Origin: a virus
Taxonomy: Duplodnaviria; Caudoviricetes
Strand: one strand, 5' to 3'
Length of the DNA stretch: 35,772 nt
IMG/VR virus record: IMGVR_UViG_3300030397_000136
Span: 1-35,772 of that record
Positions 17,115 through 23,717 of the stretch are shown here, one piece after another; the stretch's first letter is position 1, and each line of letters begins with the position of its first letter. A program made the position numbers and the translations under genes. The notes under the pieces are model-generated. The model was not told the origin of the DNA, searched no databases, and saw only the letters and a program-made list of their open reading frames with translations.

Positions 17115-17158
17115 ATTGTAACAGTTATAACAACACTTGCAAGTCTAGCTGTGGATAA
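17115..17158 (-). promoter_or_regulatory. Early/middle promoter copy A with DnaA box
   Basis: TTATCCACA-7 nt-TTGCAA-GTGTTGTTATAACTGT-TACAAT, 6 nt before ATG 17108. Confidence 0.75.
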
Positions 17159-17370
17159 CTATAAGCGATAATGACGTTTGCTATTTCTACTGCTTCTTCC
17201 TCGTCCCGTATGTCGTGCACATCTGCCACTAGGTAGAAGTCTTTACTGTAGATGCTTACACGCCACCCTAGCCCCCATTCGTACACCCATACTTGCTTTC
17301 CCTGTGGTAGGTCTCCTATGTATTTGTTCCACCCGCCCTCTGATATGTTTTGTAGCTGTATCTTTCTCAT
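17125..17370 (-). CDS. Hypothetical protein
   Basis: 81 aa, ATGA overlap; last codons overlap promoter copy A. Confidence 0.65.
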   Translation of the reverse strand: MRKIQLQNISEGGWNKYIGDLPQGKQVWVYEWGLGWRVSIYSKDFYLVADVHDIRDEEEAVEIANVIIAYSYPQLDLQVLL

Positions 17371-17996
17371 ATTCCTAACATTGCTCTATACTCCTTACTA
17401 ATTTCTACTGCTGTCTTATGCACGTCGTCCATAAGCTCTAGCACCTGCCCCATGTTCCTATCTGTCTCGAAGCTTACTATCTCTCCTGTAAGTCTCGGCT
17501 TCCCGTCTTCGTCGTACTCTGTTTTTATCCAGTCTAGCCATACCTTCTTTTCTGGTAGCTGCCCGTACTTCAAGTAGACGAGCATGTAGTAAAAGGTTAT
17601 CTGTGTTTCCTTGTCTACCTTCGCTTGCGTCCATGCTGTCTTTCCTGTTTTGTACTCCCTAAACCTTTTTCCTCTCATAAAGAAAGTGTCTATCTTCCCC
17701 ATGAGGTTAAGTATTCCGTCCTCTGTTTTTACACTCGTGTTTATCTCATGCTCTGGCTTTGGGTATCTCGGTAGCATTGCTATGAGCGCTTTAATGGTTT
17801 CGTCCTCTGTCTTGTTGGTCTCTAGCGCTTCTGCCACCACTTTACCAAACCGCATACCCTCGTTCGTAAAACTCTTGCCTCCAAAAAAATATATGTCGTT
17901 ATATTTCTTGGGGTTCTTCTTCCGTAGTATGTACTGGCTATGACTTAGGTAGCCCCGTGGTAGCATTATTTCTTTTCCTGTTGCAATCACGGGCAT
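17367..17996 (-). CDS. PD-(D/E)XK exonuclease (PDDEXK_1/Cas4-like fold)
   Basis: YLSHSQ, GKIDTF...EYKTG, QITFY; start set at MPVIAT just after the ERF stop. Confidence 0.8.
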   Translation of the reverse strand: MPVIATGKEIMLPRGYLSHSQYILRKKNPKKYNDIYFFGGKSFTNEGMRFGKVVAEALETNKTEDETIKALIAMLPRYPKPEHEINTSVKTEDGILNLMGKIDTFFMRGKRFREYKTGKTAWTQAKVDKETQITFYYMLVYLKYGQLPEKKVWLDWIKTEYDEDGKPRLTGEIVSFETDRNMGQVLELMDDVHKTAVEISKEYRAMLGI

Positions 17997-17997
17997 A

Positions 17998-18675
17998 TTA
18001 TTTTTCAAGCTCACTAATACGTGCCTCTAGCGCTTTGTTTATCTGGTTCTTCTCTGCTTGCGTGAAGTTCTTAATCTCTGCTAGCTGCTCTTTGTATTCC
18101 ATTAACCCTGTGAGGTTATTGCTTGCGCTAATCATTTGCTTAATTGTGTCTACGCTCTGTGGCTTCGGTTTACTCTGCTTCTTGCTTCCCTTCTTTTCTT
18201 TCTCTTCTGCTCCGTTTTCTCCGTCTGGGTCTGGCTCTGCAGTCTCTACCATGAATGTCTTTAGCAGGTAAAACTTCAAAGCCATAGTAAGCGCTTTCGT
18301 TGTTGCTTTATCTGCCTTGTCTGCTGCGTTCATGCTCCACGGAGTAGTGTAGCTCTCCTTGATGTTCTCGACATTTAGTAGTGTAATTTCCATGTCGAGC
18401 TTTACCTTTTTATGGTCTTCTGTAAGTTCGCTGTTTATGACCTTAATAGGTAGTAGTAGTAGTTTGTGCTTTTTGAGAATAGGTTTTACTTCTGCGATAA
18501 CGTCCCTCTCATACACATACTTAAAGTTACCCTGGTTTTCATTTTCCCCTAGTTTCAATATCCTGTGCACCTCATGCTGCACGTCAAACATCTTTTCGTA
18601 GATGTTGCGCTTCTTTTTCCTAGTTGCTGCCTTCTTCTTTGTTGTCTTCTTTTTTGTAGCTTTCTTCTTAGCCAT
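17998..18675 (-). CDS. erf: ERF-family single-strand annealing recombinase with Lys-rich N-tail
   Basis: NIYEKMFDVQ...K.GEN...FKYV...VKPILKKHKL...DKATTKALTMALKFYLLKTF...DPD; start at MAKKK. Confidence 0.85.
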   Translation of the reverse strand: MAKKKATKKKTTKKKAATRKKKRNIYEKMFDVQHEVHRILKLGENENQGNFKYVYERDVIAEVKPILKKHKLLLLPIKVINSELTEDHKKVKLDMEITLLNVENIKESYTTPWSMNAADKADKATTKALTMALKFYLLKTFMVETAEPDPDGENGAEEKEKKGSKKQSKPKPQSVDTIKQMISASNNLTGLMEYKEQLAEIKNFTQAEKNQINKALEARISELEK

Positions 18676-18677
18676 AT

Positions 18678-18854
18678 TTAGCACGTTTTACTTTCGTTCT
18701 CTGGTAATGATTGTTCTAGCTCCTTGTCTGCAATGCTCTCTGGCACTGCCTCCCCTAAATCCCTATACTGCTGCGCTATGTATGTTTCCTCGTGGCAATT
18801 TGTACAATGCCCACTGAATACCTTACATCCGCAGTCTTCACAATATCCCGCCAT
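18678..18854 (-). CDS. 58-aa zinc-ribbon protein (MAGYCEDCGCKVFSGHCTNCHEE...)
   Basis: Translated by hand; CxxC...CxxC; fills the gap exactly. Confidence 0.7.
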   Translation of the reverse strand: MAGYCEDCGCKVFSGHCTNCHEETYIAQQYRDLGEAVPESIADKELEQSLPENESKTC

Positions 18855-18858
18855 ATAG

Positions 18859-19464
18859 TTATCGAGAATTACGTACCTCTGTGCGCTCTACTATTTTAGC
18901 ACCTGGCACTTTCTTACCCTCTTTGAGCGCTGCTTTAATAGCCTTCATGTCTGGTACAAGGTACTTACGTGGTAGCTTGCTCTCGTCTTCCACTACGTAG
19001 TCTTTTACCTTTGCGTACTTCACTGCGCCCTCCTCTGTGTTTACCTGGGTCTTTGTCTCTTCTAATTCTCCGACCTTTCTAAGTGCTGTCTCCGTCTTGA
19101 TTGTTCCCTTCTTCTCTCGTGCTGCAATTTTCTCTAGCTTGTCCTTCCGCTCTTGCTCCTTCTCGCTGTGATAATCCGCCATGCGCCTACGCACCATACT
19201 AATAGCCACTGTAAGGTCTTCCTCTAGTGGCTTGAATAGCGCCCGAGCACTTTTAAGTGCAGCGTTGAGGGGCTTAGTAATTTCTTCCTTACGTTCCGTA
19301 ATCTCGTCTTTTGCCTTGTTCAATTTACTAAGCACCTCTGCTGCTTTTGCTTCGGTCTTCTCGTCTTTTACGACGACTTTGTTAGCTACCTCTGTAGCTT
19401 TTGTTACCCGCTTCTCTAAAGTCTTGACCTTCTTAGGGTCTGCCTCTATAAGTTTTGTTGCCAT
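18859..19464 (-). CDS. Siphovirus Gp157-like coiled-coil protein
   Basis: Long coil, then VVEDESKLPRKYLVPDMKAIKAALKEGKKVPGAKIVE; next to ERF. Confidence 0.7.
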   Translation of the reverse strand: MATKLIEADPKKVKTLEKRVTKATEVANKVVVKDEKTEAKAAEVLSKLNKAKDEITERKEEITKPLNAALKSARALFKPLEEDLTVAISMVRRRMADYHSEKEQERKDKLEKIAAREKKGTIKTETALRKVGELEETKTQVNTEEGAVKYAKVKDYVVEDESKLPRKYLVPDMKAIKAALKEGKKVPGAKIVERTEVRNSR

Positions 19465-19498
19465 ATCTTTTTTATCTATCTAACTAACTACTAAACAA

Positions 19499-19756
19499 TT
19501 ACTTTAATTTATCTTTGTTTGCTTCTAGGTACTTAATCCAGTTCTCGCCCATTATGCGAATAGTCCTACTGTTTCCTTCCCCGATAATTTGTGCATTGAT
19601 TGTTCGCTCTGCCTCTGGTAGTGCCTGGTCTACAAGCACTTCTTTATAGAGTGTCTGGTAGCTCTTAATCCAGGGAATAAGACCATTGCGTACTGTCTCG
19701 TTCAAGCTGTATAGCTTCTCCGCTTCTATCTTCTTCTTTGCTGCTGCTAACGTCAT
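19499..19756 (-). CDS. Small DNA-binding protein (excisionase/HTH_17-like)
   Basis: Start re-called at MTLAAAKK (85 aa); KLYSLNE...SYQTLYK...INAQIIGEG..RTIRI.GENWIKYLE. Confidence 0.6.
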   Translation of the reverse strand: MTLAAAKKKIEAEKLYSLNETVRNGLIPWIKSYQTLYKEVLVDQALPEAERTINAQIIGEGNSRTIRIMGENWIKYLEANKDKLK

Positions 19757-19799
19757 GTATCTATGTATGTAACTTATTTCTAATCTCGACCATGCCAGT

Positions 19800-19843
19800 A
19801 TTATAACTGTTATAACAACACTTGCAAGTCTATGTGTTGATAA
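19800..19843 (-). promoter_or_regulatory. Early/middle promoter copy B with 1-mismatch DnaA box
   Basis: TTATCAACA-7 nt-TTGCAA-GTGTTGTTATAACAGT-TATAAT. Confidence 0.75.
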
Positions 19844-21305
19844 CCTTTTTATTGATAATCCTTTTAATGGTCTGCTTTGTAATGTCCTCCTTACCACCTG
19901 TATCCTCACCCTCCAAAATACGGCTTATAATCTGGTTCTTTCGGTCTAACATGTCTAGTATCTCTTCGTCCACTGTGTCCTTCCCCACGTAGTAGTAGAC
20001 ATTTACTAGCCTCTTCTGTCCATATCGGTGTGCCCTATCCTCTGCCTGTTGGTGTACTGCGGGTGTCCATTCCATGTCTGCAAAGAGCACTGTGCTTGCT
20101 GCAGTAAGGTCGATACCTATACCTGCTGCCTTTATGTTTCCCACGAGCACCTTAGTCTCTTCGTCTTCCTGGAAGTTGTGTACTGCCTTCTCTCTTTCGT
20201 TTGCTTTGTCTCTCCCGTCTATCTTCACTACTCCAATCTTCTTACCTTCTAGCTTCTCTTTGATTGTGTCTAACGTCTCTCGGTATTGCGTAAACACTAT
20301 AACCTTCTCGTCCTGCTCTACCATGTTGAGCACATCTTTTACTATTGCGTCTACTTTCCCCAGGCTCACTATCTGCTTAATCTTGTTTAGCTCGATAATG
20401 TGCTGCGCTAGTTGTGCGTTTATGATGTCCTCGTTTTCTGTGTCCTCCGATAGTATGAGCTTGGTTATGTATTCTCCCCATGCACTCTCGTACTGCTTCT
20501 GGTATTCCTTCGGTATCTCTATCTCTACGTTTGTAATAATCTTCTCGGGTAGCTTGTCTCCAAGCACTGCCTTAGTCCTTCTAAGATAGTGTGGCTCTAT
20601 GTGCTTCTTTAGCTCCTCCAAGTTGGTAGCTCCCTTTGTCTCCAAAAACTTAAACTTCCGCTTTATCCTTCTGTTTGTTGCAGGGTCTACTACAGTCCTA
20701 TAAAACTCCACATTACGCCCTCCGCAATACCTGCGAGCATATACATACCATGCGTACTTTTTCATTGTTAGCGGGTGCTCTATCGCCTGTAAGAGCGTAA
20801 ATAGCTCCATAGGTCTATTGAGCACTGGCGTACCTGTGAGCAAGTACACTGCTAGTGCTACCTGTGCATATTTTAGTGCCTCCTTCGTTCTCTTTGACTT
20901 ACTGTTTTTTATGTAGTGCGCTTCGTCCATGATAAGGATACCTGGCATGTACCCTAGTATTCTCTCTCGGTTCGCCTCCCTTCCTATTACGTCGTAGTTC
21001 ACGATAAGCCACCTCGTACCCATTCCCTCGTTAAACACTCTGCACTTAGTCCCGTCAATAATCTCTATGTTTGCTTCCTCGTCGAAGTTCAAAATCTCAC
21101 GTCCCCACTTGTTCTTTAGGTCTCCTGCTGCAGGGCAAAACACTATCATACTGCTGCCCGTTTTAAGAGCAGCAGCTATAGCTTGCCTCGTCTTACCTAC
21201 TCCCATTTCGTCTCCCAGTATTCCCTTTTTAATATCTGCTAGGAATGTAGCGCCGTCTACCTGGAAGTCGAGTAGCTTATCTTTGTAATCATCGAAAAAA
21301 CTCAT
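19830..21305 (-). CDS. SNF2-family helicase/ATPase
   Basis: LGDEMGVGKT, IMDEAHYIKN, LTGTPVLNRP, LRRTK, GIGIDLTAA, QAEDRAHRYGQ. Confidence 0.95.
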   Translation of the reverse strand: MSFFDDYKDKLLDFQVDGATFLADIKKGILGDEMGVGKTRQAIAAALKTGSSMIVFCPAAGDLKNKWGREILNFDEEANIEIIDGTKCRVFNEGMGTRWLIVNYDVIGREANRERILGYMPGILIMDEAHYIKNSKSKRTKEALKYAQVALAVYLLTGTPVLNRPMELFTLLQAIEHPLTMKKYAWYVYARRYCGGRNVEFYRTVVDPATNRRIKRKFKFLETKGATNLEELKKHIEPHYLRRTKAVLGDKLPEKIITNVEIEIPKEYQKQYESAWGEYITKLILSEDTENEDIINAQLAQHIIELNKIKQIVSLGKVDAIVKDVLNMVEQDEKVIVFTQYRETLDTIKEKLEGKKIGVVKIDGRDKANEREKAVHNFQEDEETKVLVGNIKAAGIGIDLTAASTVLFADMEWTPAVHQQAEDRAHRYGQKRLVNVYYYVGKDTVDEEILDMLDRKNQIISRILEGEDTGGKEDITKQTIKRIINKKVINT

Positions 21306-21529
21306 GCTTTACTTTCTTCGTATATCTGTTTTAGTTGCTCCTTGTTAATTCTCAAATATATATCTGCGTCCTCTAGTTTAGCCTCATTCTCTTCTAAATC
21401 CAAAAATATATCTGATACAAGCCAATCCCTAACAAATATACCTACCGCTTTTCCTAAGCATGTCTTGCCGTTATGTCTACGTATCTCTATAGACAATCCT
21501 GCATCAATCTTTACGTACCTCTCCACCAT
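21302..21529 (-). CDS. Hypothetical protein
   Basis: 75 aa, ATGA overlap with SNF2 start. Confidence 0.6.
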   Translation of the reverse strand: MVERYVKIDAGLSIEIRRHNGKTCLGKAVGIFVRDWLVSDIFLDLEENEAKLEDADIYLRINKEQLKQIYEESKA

Positions 21530-21827
21530 ATCCCTTATGACTTCTTATTATTGCTAGTATCTGTTTCTCGACCTCGTTACTGCTGCTATGTGGGTTTTGT
21601 AATGTCTGGTGTATTGCGTCTATCATACCCCCGTAGTATCCGTGTATCTTCCCTACGGAATTAGCCAGGTCTTTGATAAGTCGCTCTACATCAAACAGCC
21701 CGTCGAGCAGCACTGCATCTATCGGTTGCATGTTCACCTTCTGACCTCGTGCTTCTTTTTCTTCCTGCAGCCATGCTTTTACTACTGCTTCCATGAGCCG
21801 TAGTGCTTGTGCTTTCTTACTTGCCAT
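21504..21827 (-). CDS. Hypothetical protein
   Basis: 107 aa in operon. Confidence 0.7.
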   Translation of the reverse strand: MASKKAQALRLMEAVVKAWLQEEKEARGQKVNMQPIDAVLLDGLFDVERLIKDLANSVGKIHGYYGGMIDAIHQTLQNPHSSSNEVEKQILAIIRSHKGYGGEVRKD

Positions 21828-22077
21828 AGTTCATATATTTATGCTCCTTCCCTTGTAATAGTGTGCTTCGTATCATTTCGTTATGCTGCGCTATCGTAAT
21901 GTCGTTCTCTCGTTCCTTCTGTCGTATGTAACGCTTTATCTTTTCTATACTCACGTAGCCCCCACCTTCTGCCTTTACCTTCGCTTGTATGGTTGCTAGT
22001 TGCTCGTTGTGCCAAACTCTACGGGTCGTGCTGTAGTATTTATCTGGTAAGCGCTGTATACCTATTCCCACTAACAT
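21817..22077 (-). CDS. Hypothetical protein
   Basis: 86 aa in operon. Confidence 0.65.
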   Translation of the reverse strand: MLVGIGIQRLPDKYYSTTRRVWHNEQLATIQAKVKAEGGGYVSIEKIKRYIRQKERENDITIAQHNEMIRSTLLQGKEHKYMNYGK

Positions 22078-22295
22078 AATTTCTTTTCTCTATCTTTAAT
22101 CGTAATCTCTATGTTCTTCCTCTCCTTCTTGGTGCTATTTTCTTGCAATACCCTACTTACTTTTCCGCAAGCTACCGCCACTCCTTCATTCTTAACTATA
22201 AATCTCCCGTCCTTCACCTCTATATTTTCTATCACAATCTCTGCTAGCTTATTGTGCACCTTCCCTAAAAGTTCTTCTTTTTCACTTAATGCCAT
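22071..22295 (-). CDS. Hypothetical protein
   Basis: 74 aa, AGATATG start. Confidence 0.7.
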   Translation of the reverse strand: MALSEKEELLGKVHNKLAEIVIENIEVKDGRFIVKNEGVAVACGKVSRVLQENSTKKERKNIEITIKDREKKLC

Positions 22296-22299
22296 ATCT

Positions 22300-22851
22300 T
22301 TAATCTCTATAAACTAATACCTGCTTTACACCTGTTACTTCTCTCGGACAATCAAAATCTTTGTCGCACGATATATCGTATCTCCCGTCGTGCTTCTCTG
22401 CCGTCCTATCTAAACAGGTGTATGTCTTCCCCTCTATCTCGACCTTCGTATAAAGAGGTATGTGCGTGGGACATGCTACCACGTCGTCCCTACCGCATAT
22501 ATTGTCTCCGCTTGCTGCGATACATGGTGTATCGTCTGTTTGCTCTACTACTGTGTTGTATCCCGTAACTCGTGCCTCGACTTTCTCTACGTCGCACTCT
22601 ACTACTGCTAGTTCACATGGGTCTGGTATTACGTAATCTACTGTTACCTCTTCTACTTCCTCCTGTTCTACTGCCGACGTTCTTGCTTCCTCGACTGCCA
22701 TAACTACTAATGCTGCAAACCCCAGAATGATACCTATTACCATGAGCGTAATATCTATTCTGTCCTGCCGTCTCCATTCTGCCTTAGTCTTCTCTAGGTT
22801 GTAGATGTTCTCTGGTCTATCCCTTTTTAAATAGTCTGGTACTTCTTCCAT
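22300..22851 (-). CDS. Membrane-anchored 3D-domain protein (MltA-like double-psi barrel)
   Basis: TM ITLMVIGIILGFAALVVMAV; VTGYN....QTDDTPCIAASG...VAC...IPLYTKVEI...CLDR...RYDI. Confidence 0.85.
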   Translation of the reverse strand: MEEVPDYLKRDRPENIYNLEKTKAEWRRQDRIDITLMVIGIILGFAALVVMAVEEARTSAVEQEEVEEVTVDYVIPDPCELAVVECDVEKVEARVTGYNTVVEQTDDTPCIAASGDNICGRDDVVACPTHIPLYTKVEIEGKTYTCLDRTAEKHDGRYDISCDKDFDCPREVTGVKQVLVYRD

Positions 22852-22859
22852 ATATATTT

Positions 22860-22985
22860 TTATAGTCCTTTAATAAGAGTAATCGCATACATGAGCTTTT
22901 GTGCAAGCTCTCTGTCTCCCCGTGCTCTTTGCACAAGAGCCTCTAAAGCATCGAGGAAGTCTTTTATCTCTTTGTCTGTATTCAT
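22860..22985 (-). CDS. 41-aa helical peptide (MNTDKEIKDFLDALEALVQRARGDRELAQKLMYAITLIKGL)
   Basis: Translated by hand; TAGATATATG start; first ORF after promoter copy C. Confidence 0.65.
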   Translation of the reverse strand: MNTDKEIKDFLDALEALVQRARGDRELAQKLMYAITLIKGL

Positions 22986-23023
22986 ATATCTAACTATCTA
23001 CCTAATAATTTAGTAATGTCTTA

Positions 23024-23077
23024 ATTATAAATGTTATAACAACATTTGCAAGTCTTTTATCCCTCCTCTGTGGATAA
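23024..23077 (-). promoter_or_regulatory. Early promoter copy C with DnaA box
   Basis: TTATCCACA-17 nt-TTGCAA-ATGTTGTTATAACATT-TATAAT, right after the late terminator. Confidence 0.8.
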
Positions 23078-23087
23078 CCTACCCATA

Positions 23088-23118
23088 CAAAAAAGCCCCT
23101 AGAGATAGGGCTTTTTTG
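23088..23118. terminator. Intrinsic (probably bidirectional) terminator ending the late/lysis transcript
   Basis: CAAAAAAGCCC-N9-GGGCTTTTTTG, T6 tract on both strands. Confidence 0.85.
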
Positions 23119-23184
23119 CGAAGAAAGCGGGTTAGGAGTATGTAGGTAAAGATAGTAACCTACACGCCTCCTATAATACCACAC

Positions 23185-23283
23185 CTACTCTTCTTCGTCT
23201 TGCTCTTCTTCTTCACCCTCTGCTGCTGCGTCGGCTGCTGCCTCTGCTTCTGCTTCTGGGTTCTGTACGTTGTCGTCTGACAT
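23185..23283 (-). CDS. 32-aa highly acidic peptide (MSDDNVQNPEAEAEAAADAAAEGEEEEQDEEE)
   Basis: Translated by hand; GCTTATG start as in capsid gene. Confidence 0.6.
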   Translation of the reverse strand: MSDDNVQNPEAEAEAAADAAAEGEEEEQDEEE

Positions 23284-23314
23284 AAGCTTATTTTTTATTA
23301 AGTCTAATAAAAAA

Positions 23315-23596
23315 TTACGCTTGGTCTGCGCCACGTAAACGACCTATAAAGTCGTTCAAGTAGTTACTACCTCGCCCTAATACTATACCACTAATGACAT
23401 AGTTGACCATTCCCCAGTCGGTAACGAGACCAAACATTGCAGGAATGTCTACCTTATACGCAATCGCTGCACCTACTCCGAGAAGCAATGCAATGTAGCG
23501 CAAGTATGGGCGTGAGTATTCACTTTCTCCGAAGAGATACTGCACAAATCCTTCTACGAAGGTTGCGAGCATGATAATACCTAGTCCAAGTTCCAT
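23315..23596 (-). CDS. Probable holin (2-3 TM)
   Basis: 93 aa hydrophobic, SGIVLGRGSNYLNDFI motif, next to endolysin. Confidence 0.75.
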   Translation of the reverse strand: MELGLGIIMLATFVEGFVQYLFGESEYSRPYLRYIALLLGVGAAIAYKVDIPAMFGLVTDWGMVNYVISGIVLGRGSNYLNDFIGRLRGADQA

Positions 23597-23626
23597 ATAG
23601 CTATATGTGTTTACCTTTTTATAATT

Positions 23627-23711
23627 TCGACCTTGCTAGGGTGCAAGCGTGGGACGTTCGACCTTTAGCCCCTTGTCGATGAGGAAGCTACGCCCCCGTC
23701 TGCACCCTAAC
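23627..23711 (-). ncRNA. Candidate structured RNA between endolysin and holin
   Basis: Nested stems GTTAGGGTGCAG/TTGCACCCTAGC, GGGGCGT/ACGTCCC, AGCTTC/GGGGCT; loop TCGAC complementary to two GTCGA sites. Confidence 0.5.
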
Positions 23712-23717
23712 CTCTAA

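Noticed and set aside
17367-17996. Cas4 / CRISPR system
   Set aside because: No Fe-S cysteines, other cas genes or array; context next to ERF fits a recombination exonuclease
19757-19909. N-terminal extension of the 136-aa track ORF
   Set aside because: Overlaps the SNF2 gene end and promoter copy B; better start at 19756
5406-21305. Stop-codon reassignment (TGA=Gly or TAG=Gln)
   Set aside because: Genes are full length and densely packed under code 11; TAG is a common stop; the TGA stops checked fall in ATGA overlaps at natural ends
23002-23184. 60-aa minus-strand ORF
   Set aside because: GTG start without the usual context; runs through a hairpin, terminator and promoter
23670-23690. Hammerhead ribozyme core
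   Set aside because: Sequence is TCGATGAG rather than CTGATGA and no correctly placed GAAA follows
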